From: Eledone cirrhosa
Taxonomy: Eukaryota
DNA length: 64,000 bases
NCBI GenBank assembly: GCA_964016885.1
Contig: OZ024741.1
Coordinates: forward strand, 335,296,001-335,360,000
Direction of reading: 5' to 3'
In this document: positions 12,523 through 24,204 of the stretch, piece by piece
How positions within the stretch are numbered: the stretch's first letter is position 1
How the letters are laid out: each line of letters opens with the position of its first letter
The notes under the pieces: generated by a model
Database searches by the model: none
What the model saw: only the letters and a program-made list of their open reading frames with translations
What the model was told of the DNA's origin: nothing
Translations under genes and position numbers: made by a program

Positions 12523-13463
12523 GCGGGATCTCAGGAAGCTTAACTACGAATGTAGGCTTCACATGTAGCAGCTGTGCTGGGACAGCAAGCAGCAAACAGC
12601 CACAGGAAACAAGTACCACCAATCTCTGGGAGGGCTCTGTAGAGACAGTAGACAGCTTCTGCTACCTAGGTGACCGAATTAGCAGCGGAGGTGGGTGTTC
12701 AGAAAGAACAATAAGTAGGGTAAGAATGGGATGGAAGAAGTTCAGGGAGCTACTGCCACTGCTAGCTGCAAAAGGCTTTTCCCTCAAAATGAAAGGCCGA
12801 CTGTATGATGCGTGTATACGAACAGCAATGTAACATGGTAATGAGACCTGGGCGCTGTCTGTGGAAGACTTGCCTAGATTAGAAAGAAATGAAGCTTGCA
12901 TACTCCGATGGATGTGTAATAGTAATATTCGCGAACGGCAAAGCATAAATGAATTGAGAGAGAGGCTGATCATAAGAGGGATCAAATGGTGTGTGCAGGA
13001 GAGGTGGTTGCATTGGTATGGACATGTGATGCGTATGAAGGATGACAGCTGCATAAAAAGGTGCAGAGCACTAGAAGTCGATGGAAACCGTGGAGTGGGG
13101 AGACCCAAGAAGACCTGGGATGAGGTGATAAAAGCCGACCTTACCCAATTACACCTCTCTAAGGGGATGACACACGACCGTGACCTCTGGCGTCACGCAG
13201 TAATACAGAAGACCCGACCCCCCACAGGTACAAACGAAGCTGAAGCATATAGACAATATGCCCCCACACCCTCCCACTGCAAAGTGGTCGTGGAGGTGCC
13301 ACGGCTAAAAAGCACCCAGCCCACTCTGTAAAGTGGACTTGTAGGCTGCACAAATAAAAACAAAAAAGCAACCAGCACTCACTGTAAATGAAGTTGATGT
13401 TAGGAATGGCATCCAGCTAACCCATGCTAGCATGGAAAAACAGACGTAAAATGGTGATGATGA
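12522..13463 (+). mobile_element. 5'-truncated RTE LINE
   Basis: FCYLGDRISSGGGC, LHWYGHVMRM, GRPKKTW; nearly identical to 25739-26754; (gat)n tail. Confidence 0.9.
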
Positions 13464-13754
13464 TATGTGTGTGTGTGTGTATATGTGTTTCATATATTCA
13501 CTAGTAATTCTTTATTTTATTTTCTATTACATTCTATACTTTACATCATATGTGTGTGTATATTATATTATACTTTACATATATTATTAAACACAAAATA
13601 TAGGCACCTAAAGTAATCTGTGCATATATGTGCCTTGGTGTGCTTATGTGTATCTATTTACACTCATGTTTACCTAAAAAATTGATGTCTCAAAACATTG
13701 TGCATATAGCAGCAAAATACCTAATAAAAACATGTCTTCATATTCATTGTTATT

Positions 13755-13828
<74 letters not shown>

Positions 13829-13844
13829 AGAGACAGAGAGAGAG

Positions 13845-14315
13845 TAAGGGGTCAACAGAACAGGGATGTGCGGATCACACCATGGTCTGTCGGTTGTGAA
13901 GCAGATAAAAGGAAGCACTCAACGACCTGTATAAGTGGTACAAGACAGAGCATTATATATTAATAAAAGATCAGAGGCCATATTCAGTTGATTCAGGTTT
14001 ATTTAAAACTCTGTTATACATATTTCACTGAGGACTATCAATTATAATAGCCATGTACAGGGGCTGGCCATCAAAGAAAGAACACCACGCGTTTGGCCGG
14101 CCCCCTGTATCATGAAAAGAAAATCTTTTGGGGGGGAAATTATTGGATTTTTCCAAATTTATAACTTTCTTAGGAACTTTCAATGTTTTTTTAGGTTTTG
14201 CTGTCTGAAGAGCTCAGGCTATCTTATTTGATATCCCTCAGTGAAATATGTATAACAGAGATTTAAATAAACCTGAATCAAATGAATATGGCCTCCAATC
14301 TTTTATTGATATATA
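13845..14315. mobile_element. Tailed fold-back element in microsatellite (Penelope-like pseudo-LTR pair)
   Basis: Inverted arms 13954-14052 / 14217-14315 plus inner IR 14052-14070 / 14094-14114; unpaired tail 13845-13953; hammerhead-like core and AATAAA in the right arm; flanked by (GA)n and (TA)n. Confidence 0.65.
14201..14258 (+). ncRNA. Candidate type I hammerhead ribozyme
   Basis: ctgt-CTGAAGA-gctcagg...cctcagt-GAAA-tatgta-TA-acag; stem I ctgt/acag, imperfect stem II, short self-complementary stem III. Confidence 0.5.
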
Positions 14316-14502
14316 TATATGTATATATACATATATATATATATAGAGAGAGAGAGAGAAAGTGGAATTGGAAATAGCACAGAAAATATATTTAAGGTTC
14401 CGCTTTTCGTTTTCATTCTTTGATTCATCAAAGTGACATTATTATATATATATTATATATATAAAACCCCTGTTTTGTATAGAACCTTATTCCCTTTTCA
14501 AA

Positions 14503-14534
<32 letters not shown>

Positions 14535-14713
14535 TGTTACATATATATACATATGTTGCATATATGTATAAAATAAATGTTGAGAGATGTTACACAATCA
14601 TATTTATTGGATCATACGTATTTCAGTGACACCAATCATTATATATATGATATAATAAAATAAATACCACTAAAGTACTGATGTTGATTTATGCATATAT
14701 ATATATATATATA

Positions 14714-15682
14714 TCATCATCATAACTTAATGTCTATCTTCCATGTTAGCATCAGTTAAACGGGTTTGTCCCACTTGAGGCAAGTTTGGTCGGGTGAACA
14801 TGTCTCACTCAACTGTTTCTGGCTTGATGTCCTTCCTAATGCCAACCACATTTACAGTGTGTACTGGGTGCTTTTTACCGTATCTCCTACACAACCACTT
14901 TACATAATGAACTGGGTGGTTTTTGCCATGACACCTACACAACCACTTTTGTGTGGGCTGGATGTTCTGTGGTACCACCATAACTTTACAGAGAAAGGGT
15001 GGTGTGGGCGGAAGTGGGAAGATAGAGTATGAGGCGGAGGGTGGGTATACATTGAGTTAAGAGGTGCCTACTGTCTGTAGGTTTACGTTCATACGTAAGG
15101 GAAGGTGGGTTTTCTGTATTACTGCATTGTGCCAAAGATCTTGATCCTGTGATATTGTCTTTGAGAGGTGCAAGTGTGCAAGGTCAGTTTTTATTACCTC
15201 ATCCCAGGTTTTTCTGGGTCTACCTACTCCATAGATTCCATCAATTTTGATCGCCCTGCACTTTTTTATACAGCTGTCATCCTTCATACGCATCACATGA
15301 CCATACCAACGTAATCTCTTCTCAAGTAAACTGCATCTAATCCCTCTTATGCCTAATTTCTCACTTAGTTCATTTACGTTTTGTCATTCGTGTATATTAT
15401 TATTATACATCCATCAGAGCATGCATGCCTCATTCCTTTCCAATCTGTGCAAATCCTCTGCATACATTGCCCAGGTCTCACTGCCATGTAACATTGGTGT
15501 TCATATACAAGCATCATACAATCTGCCTTTCATTTTTAGAGAGAAACCTTTTGTGGCCAACAGCGGTATTAGCTCTCTGAACTTTTTACATCCTGTTTTA
15601 ACTATCTACTGTACACTCAGTACACCCTCCTCCACTATTAATTTTGTCACCCAGATAACGGAAAGTGTCTACTATTTCTATA
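14714..15682 (-). mobile_element. 5'-truncated RTE LINE
   Basis: Minus-strand MMRMKDDSCIKKC..GRPRKTWDEVIK; (cat)n at the left end; same subfamily as 2250-5530. Confidence 0.9.
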
Positions 15683-15741
15683 GAACCAGTGAGTTGGAAT
15701 TTGGTCGGAGCATCGCTATTAGCTTTCTCCGTTTGTGTATT

Positions 15742-15770
<29 letters not shown>

Positions 15771-15773
<3 letters not shown>

Positions 15774-15963
15774 GGAACCAGTAAGACCCCGACAGCTGAG
15801 CTCAAGCCATTTCGACGGCTAATTCAGTCCAGAATTAGCCGTCGAAACGGCTTGAGCTCAGCTGTCGGGGTCTTACTGGTTCCTATTACCCACTCTACTA
15901 CCTCAAGTATTGAGTACTTTGGTGCGTTATGGTCCACCTGGTTCCTTACCACACTTCCTTCGT
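15771..15963 (+). mobile_element. Tailed hairpin element, family A, copy 1
   Basis: Hairpin 15771-15886 (about 57-bp arms) + 77-nt tail, within (TA)n; homologues at 48389 and 63626. Confidence 0.8.
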
Positions 15964-16533
15964 TATATATATATATATATATATATATACATTTGTTTGC
16001 ATAAATCGACCTCAGTAATTTACTGGTAATTACTTTATTATATTACATATAATAAAATGTTCTTCTTAGAAATGGCACCATGTCACCTTAATTGTGACAG
16101 ATGGGCAGATTTGACAAACCTCATAACATTTTTGTTCTCATAGAATTCAGGAAACAAATCAAAATGCTGCCCTTGATTTGAACTGTATTCTTCCTCCATA
16201 TAGATCACTTTTGACCAATAAGTTGGGGGACATATTTTAAACCAATAGTAACATTTTCATATTAGTATTTAACAAATTTACAATATTTTTGGTTTTGGCA
16301 TAATCAAAATAATGGTTTTGTGTACAATTTGGCAGAGAAAACGATATTTTATTTCTTGCATTCTGTTTCTTTTTTATTTTAAATCTCTTGCCAAAAATTA
16401 TATTTTCAGTATATTATGTTGGCAGCAGCTCCAAAGTTTTGGGAATTTTGTTTTTAATGACCAACCAGTGAAACAGTATATTTTTGAATAAATAAATTCA
16501 CTTTTTTCTTTTTTCATTTATCAATGTTGACAG

Positions 16534-16696
16534 ACTACAAGTCCTCAGCAAGCAACCAGAAAATCTTTTGGAAGAAGTGATAAAGAGACTTCACTAAATC
16601 CGCCTTATCGCTATAGTGAGATGACTTCAATGTCGTATACTGAAAGCGGAACTGGCTGGAACAAAGCAGATGAGGGACACTGTAAGCTACTACCAG
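16534..16696 (+). CDS. Penultimate (cytoplasmic) exon of an upstream protocadherin paralogue
   Basis: Pyrimidine tract + cag acceptor (16533); open phase-0 frame TTSPQQATRKSFGRSDKETSLNPPYRYSEMTSMSYTESGTGWNKADEGHCKLLP; donor ag|gtataa at 16697 (alternative gtaagc at 16682), both phase 1; motif resembles the DSGxGWS tail motif I recall from cephalopod protocadherins. Confidence 0.7.
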
Positions 16697-16840
16697 GTAT
16701 AAATTATCTCCCTTTTTTCTTCTTCTTTCTTATTCCATATAAACAGACAAATGAATAGTTTTATGAGAAAAGCCAACAAGGAAAAACCATATGAGAGAAC
16801 AATACAATAATGATATATCCAATCCAGAGCCATCCCCCTC

Positions 16841-17065
16841 CTGTTAGAGGAACCCCTCTCTGGTTGACATCTACCATTGGTCATGTCTTCAGAGGTGTAA
16901 CCATACTCATCACACGTGGCCAATTGCAGATTGGTGAGGCTATTTAACACATAGTTGGCGTGAATGGCCATTGACTCAGATAGTTCATCCACCCTTTATA
17001 GATTAATAACTATTATCTAATTACTATGATCCATGTTTTGTTTAGTTCACCAACAATTGCTACAT
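16841..17065. repeat. Unclassified dispersed repeat, copy 1
   Basis: Homologous to 21953-22182 (catagttgg.gtgaatggccattgactc...taataactattatctaattactatgatcca). Confidence 0.75.
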
Positions 17066-17341
17066 TACTCAAAACGTCTAAACACTTTATTTTGTTAATA
17101 GAATACATAGAAATATACACAAATTAATAAATGAGCAACTTCATGAATGAATGACTATAAAATAATTAGAAAAAACCCACAAGTGTTTAAAACAGAAAAG
17201 GAAGGGAAAAGCAAGGGCTCTAGAACCACCTATATAGATTGTGTTTCTTATTAGTTTCTCTTTAATTTCCATTATGAGCCAAATCAACTTTCGGAATAAA
17301 AGGATGGCCATTGATATTGTGTGGCTAAGACAAACTTATGC

Positions 17342-17830
17342 ATCATCATCATCATCATCATCATCGTTTAATGTCCATTTCCACGCTAGCATGGGCCAGA
17401 AATGCTGTCCCACTGTGAGACAGCTAGGTCGGAGGACCGTAGTTAGCTCTCACAGAACTGATTTTGGCTTAGTTTCTACAGCTGGATGCCCTCCTAATGC
17501 CAACCACATTTACAATGTATACTGAATGCTTTTTGTCATGATACCTATACAACCACTTTACAGTGTGGACTGGGAACTTTTTGTTGTGTCACCAGCACAA
17601 CCACTTTACATTGTGGGCTAGCTGCTTTTTGTCATGATAATCTACACAACCACATTACAGTGTACACTGGGTGCATTTTGCCGTGGCTCCTGGATGCCCA
17701 CTTTATGGTGTGAATTGGGGACTTGGATGGGTGATGTATGGGAAATATGCATATGGGAAGGCAGATTGTCTGTATTACTACATAGCACCAGAGATCATGG
17801 TCCTGTGTCATCGCCTTTGAGAGATGCAAT
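17342..17830 (-). mobile_element. RTE 3'-end remnant
   Basis: (cat)n, RTE 3' UTR repeats, HLSKAMTQDHDLW..VIQ on the minus strand. Confidence 0.75.
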
Positions 17831-18200
17831 TGTCAACCATAACTTCATTTAAAACATAACTTAGAACACTTTTCACGATTTCCAGTGTTGAAAAATACCA
17901 AGATGGTATCCTGCTCCAATATAGTTTCCCCAACTCTTATATTGATGAAGGGATTTCATCCTGAAATATTAAGGGTTAATTAAAAACTTCCAATGCAACA
18001 TTTCTACAACTTTGTTATCATCATTTTAAACATTTAATATCCTATTTCCATTGCTGTAGTCAACCCATGCTAGTATGGAAGATAGATGTTAATCAATGAT
18101 AATGATGATGTAGCCCTCAAATAAAACACACTTTTTTACTACACTTTCTTCATTGCTTCATGCAAAATATAACACCCTCTTGTCTTTTCATTTATTTCAG

Positions 18201-18484
18201 GTCATACATATTGCCAACCTGAAAAGTTCAAGAATACAGGTAGGAAATCATTACCACAGACAAACAACAGATCACAGGATATAAACACATTGACCAGGTC
18301 ATCATACCAGGCCAATATTAATCAGAACACACCTTGCAAAGATGTTATTGATCTAAAGTCAACACCAGTGCATAGCAGTTATCCTAATATTCCAACAGAA
18401 CCATGGAACATGCCATCACAGAACAGTTTTACCACTTACACCAAACCACTCCCTGCAATACCGAAACTAACAAACATTAGCTGA
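18201..18484 (+). CDS. Terminal coding exon of an upstream protocadherin paralogue
   Basis: tcttttcatttatttcag acceptor (18200); phase-1 open frame (G)HTYCQPEKFKNTGRK...PWNMPSQNSFTTYTKPLPAIPKLTNIS*; phase matches the 16696 donor; PWNxPxxNSF..KPLPAxP resembles cephalopod protocadherin C-termini as I recall them. Confidence 0.7.
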
Positions 18485-18855
18485 TCTAGTTCTTCATATA
18501 AATGGTATTTTCACTAAAAGTAAAAATCAAAAGACAAGATGAAAAGCAACAATACAACATGAACTGCATAAGAAAGATAATCAGTTTTGATATTTCTAGT
18601 AAAAGTTAAAGTTGAGTAATCCACGATACCAAACCCTGAACTATTTCAAGCTCTCAAAAATTCCTTTGATATATATATATATAGCAAATCATATTTGTGT
18701 AGATATGTCTATTATATATATACAAACACACATATTTATATATATGGTTATAAGTGGTACATATTTATTAGAATTTCTTTTCCTTATATATATAAATAAA
18801 ATATATATATATATATATGTACATATATATTCATATATATATGGATATATATATC

Positions 18856-18943
<88 letters not shown>

Positions 18944-19444
18944 AGCCTTTATAGAAAAGACTTAGTGGAGAGAGAACAGAACCTAATAACATTATATACA
19001 GACAGACATAGAAAACCAGTGGATATTGTGATATTGTGCTTGATTGCTCAACCTTACAGTGTCTTTAACAGCAACTGTGAGTTCTTGTTACTAATGGCAA
19101 TGTCTGCTATAGCTTCTTTCTTCGTTTCTAACCATGCATACATTCTACAGACACACAGGTATATTTATACACATTTCCCTATGTATGCATTATAAATGCA
19201 AATTTGAGCATTTATTTGTCTGCTAGAATAAAAATATACAACTACTTACTATGTATACACACACACATGTATAATTAATTATATGTATGTGCACAGACAC
19301 ACATGCACATATGCATATACTTATATACATATATGCATGCATAGGCATGTGTGTATACATATATACAGTATGTGCATTTTTTTGTATGTATATATATATA
19401 TATATATACATACATACATACAAAAAAAACACATATATATGTAT

Positions 19445-19480
<36 letters not shown>

Positions 19481-20545
19481 TTACACACTCATGTGTATAT
19501 TATGTACCAGTCTTGTGGAGTGGACTTTGCTGAAGAGGGTTGGGTTGGTGAATGATAAGAATGTGCTAACATTGCTCTGTTACTGATTAATTCATGTCAG
19601 GCAGGGTATATACCCAAGTTGATGTACAGTGAGCATACACTCAAGTTGATGGATGTTTAGAGTGGACACTCAAGCTTGAAAGTAAGTCTTGACTTTTTGT
19701 GTGAGCTTATTAACATATGTCTTCTTACATCTACTAATGCCTACTCTACACACAGGCACTCACACACACACTCATATATACATCTACTCACACTTCTTAT
19801 AGAATTATATGCATACTGTTATATACATAAAAGCTAACACTTTTGTTTCTGTATTTCCAATGAAATACTTTGTATTTTAATTAATTATTCAAGAATTTGG
19901 GGAGGATTTACTAGAATTATAATTTCATTAAGTTGGTATTTGTAACCTAACAAAATGTTTTTAATATAAAATTATGTTGAACATTTTAAATTTAAGTAGG
20001 AACACTTTAAAATTGGTGTTTTTTTTTGGGGGGGGGGGGGGGGGATTTTTCATAGAAGCAGAGGTGGCTTGTTATTTAGATAAGGATTAAAGATAACAGA
20101 TTTTAAGTTTAGCAAAAGTTGTAAGCAGAAAAGCTGTCAAAACATATCAGACTGGGGTGGACAAAACATATAGTTTATATAGAGGTTAGAATAATTCCAA
20201 AACGTCTAATCTATGGAGAATCGTTCTGAGAAATGACCCCATTACAAACAGAAGTTAAGATACAAAGGCCTCCTTAAAATTTGTTCTGGAAAATAAAGGA
20301 ATTATTCATGTAGATAGGTTTTTTTTATAGGTAGGGAAGGTAATTGATAGGAAAAAAAGGCAGAACAAACTTTATTCAGTGTGTCCCAAGCCTTGTGAAG
20401 GGAATCACATGAAACAATCAAAATTGAAATGAGACACAATGGAAGGAAACTTCATAGGTATTAATGATTTCACCTGATGTTCAACTTGTAACTAAGTTTG
20501 TCTCTTTAACAAACCAAACTAAGCTAGTAATAGATCATTGTGAAT

Positions 20546-20640
20546 GTACTTGGCTTAGGGATTAGAGAATTGGATTCACAATCTTGTGGTTGTGAGTTCA
20601 ATTCCTGGACTGTGCAAGACACTTTATTTCACATTGCACT
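20546..20640 (+). mobile_element. tRNA-derived SINE family 2 (CORE-like), fragment
   Basis: tggcttaggg A-box, gagttcaattcc B-box, caagacactttatttcacattgc. Confidence 0.65.
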
Positions 20641-21952
20641 TTCTGCCAGGAATTGCAACCAGTAGATAGCATCAGGATTGGAAAGACTAATGGAAACAAT
20701 GGAACTTATCAAATTCTACCTCGCTTGGTAAGTCAATGAGGTCTGGGATCTTGTCACTCATTTTTTTTTTTTAAAGTAGATAATTGCTACCTGAAAATAC
20801 ATATGTTTGTAAATCATGTAAAAAAACGTCTTTCATTTAGTGTCTCTATATTATAACCAATTATCATAATCATGCATTGCCTTTAACTGAGAAGAGACAT
20901 GTCTGAAATAGCTGTGATAAAGCAGCAAATCATCAGCTGGGTTAAAAAGTCATCTTCAATTTACAGCTAAATAACAATCAATGATTATTCTTACTAATCA
21001 GTTAACTTCTATCACATGGGTACATGTATCTATAGTATATATATATGTGTGTGTGTGTGTGGACAGGTGTTTAGATTGAAAGTACCATATGTGTATGTGA
21101 ATATGTGTGGGCTGATACATTTTAAACTCTTTTAATAATAATAATTATAGACATTTCCAAGAAATGCGGCAATTTCGACAGCCTTAAACTTGCTGTTGCT
21201 TCTGATCTCTACCAATGGATGTCGATCATGTGACACTAAATATTGTGCTCCCCCCCCCTCTTCCTCCTCTCCCTCCTTCTTCATTTTATTGTTATAAGCA
21301 GTCATTGTGTAAAATTCACTCTGGTTCGGGTTAATTGCCCCTAACTTTTAGAATGAATAAGTGGTCACTTAAAGATGTAAGGAAATAACCTTATTAGCTT
21401 TTTTTAATCCATTTCAACCAAAGGAAATTATAAAGTCTCTTTATATATATATACATATATTTTTTTCCTGTCTTTCTTTAATTACAAATTTCCAGTTCAT
21501 TGTGTGATAGTTACAATTCATCAATATTTCTTATCAGTGTTTTTAAAAATATTGATTTTTTTTTTTTCTTTTGCTAAATATTGTGTGGTTGCCATGAAAA
21601 TATATAAATTCTTTCTTTTGACAAATTTAAGTCAATAATAAAGAGAAAATTTTATTGTACAAAAGAAAAAAATATTTGAATATATACAATAAATCATATT
21701 TTTTCATTACAGTGTTATATTTTTACCTCCTATTTCTCAATATATTTCTATACATATTTCACCTTTGTTACTTTACGTTATATTAACCTGCCAAGAATCT
21801 ATCTAAATTTTAAAACTATATATTTTTTTTTTAATTATTAACTTTTACCTTCTTTTTATATATTCTGTCTAATGATATCATTATTAACTTCAAACTTATA
21901 CAGCTGAGCAATTTATCGGTAATTCTTATGTATTATAGACTAATTCTCACTT

Positions 21953-22182
21953 CTGTTAGAGAAGCCCCTCCCTGGTTGACCTCCACCACTGGTCATCCCT
22001 TTAGGTATGTAGTCGTACTCACAATGCTTAGCAATTGCAGGTTGGGGTGTCTATTTAACCCATAGTTGGTGTGAATGGCCATTGACTCTGAGGAGTTCGT
22101 CCACCCTTTTATAGACTAATAACTATTATCTAATTACTATGATCCATTGTTTTTTTGTTTTGTTCACCAACAATTGCTACAT
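21953..22182. repeat. Unclassified dispersed repeat, copy 2
   Basis: Homologous to 16841-17065. Confidence 0.75.
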
Positions 22183-22444
22183 ATATTGCTACTTATTAGT
22201 TTCTTTTTAATCTCCATTACCAGCCAAACCAACTTTCAGAATCAATTGAAACTTCTAAAGCATTTTTTTTTTCCTCTCAGAATTCTACTCTTCTCAATTA
22301 CTTCGTAACTTCTATTCTTTTTCATCTTCCTTCCCACTTAGTCAATTTTTGTTTCTTTAGTAGATTGTTAATTTGGCTTAATTTGTCTCATCTGTGCTCC
22401 TTCTCGCTGCATATATTCCATGGATTTCCAGGCTTCCATGGATT

Positions 22445-22622
22445 AGCAGTATCGGTAGAGGGTCGGACCCCATGCTTTGACGCAAAGAGTTACAGCCCTT
22501 TCCATTCTGAGTTCAAATCCCGCCGAGGTTAACTTTGCCTTTCATCCTTACGGGGTCGATAAAATAAAGTACCAGTAATACACTGGGTAATTGCCTTGTG
22601 CCAAAAGAAGAAACAATTATAC
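22445..22622 (+). mobile_element. tRNA-derived SINE family 1
   Basis: gcagtatcggtagag A-box, gagttcaaatccc B-box, core gttaactttgcctttcatccttacggggtcgataaaataaagtaccag, tail gaaacaattat. Confidence 0.85.
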
Positions 22623-23118
22623 TAACAATTCTAATAAAGAGCATTTACTTAATTCTGTTAACCATTTTCATTTCCACGATTCTAATGAAAGAAATGGTCT
22701 ATTATTTTCAAATACATTTGAATTTAATCATGAATTTGGAGGGATTTAATAATATAACTAACTCTCTTGTTACTAAGTTGGTGTTTAGAGCATAATGTAA
22801 ATGTTCTTACATAAAATTAAGATGAAAGATGTTTTGGTAAATATGAATAATTTAACCTTTTCATTACCATATTTCCAACAACAGGAACTGTCTATTATTT
22901 TCAAATACTTCTGAAAATAATCAAGAATTTGAAGGGATTTAGTAATATAACTAACTTTCTCATTAATAAGTTGGGGTTTAGTGTATAACTAAATTGAATT
23001 AAGATGGAGAGGTTTTGATGAATATATTTCTTATAACAAGCATTGCCTAAAGTTTTTGAACAACTTTGAAAATAATCAAGAATTTGAAGGGATTTTAGTG
23101 ACAGGTATTTTCTCATTT

Positions 23119-23330
23119 ATAACTATTTTGATACAAACCTGGCCAAAACAGCTCCTTGGTCTGAAATAGAGCTAACTATTTCAAAGAGTTCCTGTTTAAA
23201 TTAAAATGTTCCAATAGTAATTCATATAAGAGCCATATGTTAGTAATAAAATAATTAATAACTTTAAAAATTCTATTAATTAATAGAAACAGAGTGTATT
23301 TCATTAGAAATAAGGTGACAAAAGGGTTAA
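23119..23330. mobile_element. piggyBac-type MITE (degraded)
   Basis: Ends aaagggTTAA; reverse-complement homologue of 27036-27270. Confidence 0.6.
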
Positions 23331-23512
23331 GCTGGTATTCAGAGAATAACTTAAAAAGACTTCTTATATACATTTCAATAGAAGATTTTTAGTTGGATAT
23401 AAACATTTAAAACTAAACAACTTTGTATTGCAGAACCAGGGGCAAATTTAGATGGTTTGATATCAAAATATTTAAAAAGCCAGTGATGATGGGAAATGTA
23501 AAGATATTGGCA

Positions 23513-23893
23513 TAGGAAGGTAGGCTGAAAAGTTCATTGGTTGATCATGAAGAAGTGATCATAAAGTTGTGAAATCATGCGTGCATTAATTTCAACTCTT
23601 CTTTTTAATAATGATCTCTAGTATAGACACAAGACCAGTAATTTGCGGGGAGGGGAAAGTTGTTTAAATCGACCCCAGTACGTTATTAGTGCTTTATTTA
23701 ATCAACCCCGTAAGGATGAAAGGCAAAGTTAACCTCGGCGGGATTTGAACTCAGACCATAAAGCACCATGCTGCAAAGCATGGTGTCCGACTCTCTACCA
23801 ATACTGTCAAATGGCATTGTTTCTTGTTAGTGACAATGTGGAAAAATAAACCTCATTTGGTCATTCCTATGAGCTTTTCAGCTGACCCTCATA
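23513..23893. mobile_element. Tc1/mariner-type MITE interrupted by a SINE family 1 copy (about 23613-23812, minus strand)
   Basis: TIR ggctgaaaagttcat / atgagcttttcagctgaccctcata; TA ends; homologues at 26754 and 37873. Confidence 0.7.
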
Positions 23894-23940
23894 TATATAT
23901 GTGTGTGTGTAGAAGTTTGTATTTATATATATATATATAT

Positions 23941-24200
23941 AATTGGTGTGGGATGCTTAAAGCGTCCGTATGTGGTAGGCCGTTTGAGCACTCAATGCTC
24001 TTACAGAGCAGAGTATAATATCACATAAGAAACGGAGAATCAGTGGTGCAACAAATAAAATTTATGAGACATATTACAATCGTTTCTCTGGCGACCAGCT
24101 CGAAGCACAATCGATGCAATGATCGAACCTGACTCTGAAATTGCAAGATCCTCAGATACATCGCGATTCTTTAAAGCAGAGTTTTAAAATGTCCAGTTAC
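23941..24200 (-). mobile_element. Solo Penelope-like pseudo-LTR fragment with hammerhead-like motif, in (TA)n
   Basis: Minus strand atgtat-CTGAGGA-tct...aga-GAAA-cgattg-TA-atatgt (24161 to 24069) followed by a tail running into (TA)n. Confidence 0.55.
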
Positions 24201-24204
24201 ATAT

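Noticed and set aside
16690-16992. 100-aa minus-strand ORF
   Set aside because: Lies in a dispersed repeat whose second copy has no matching ORF in the track; no domain recognised
22445-22530. tRNA gene
   Set aside because: A/B boxes run into a SINE core and tail repeated many times in the window; no complete cloverleaf
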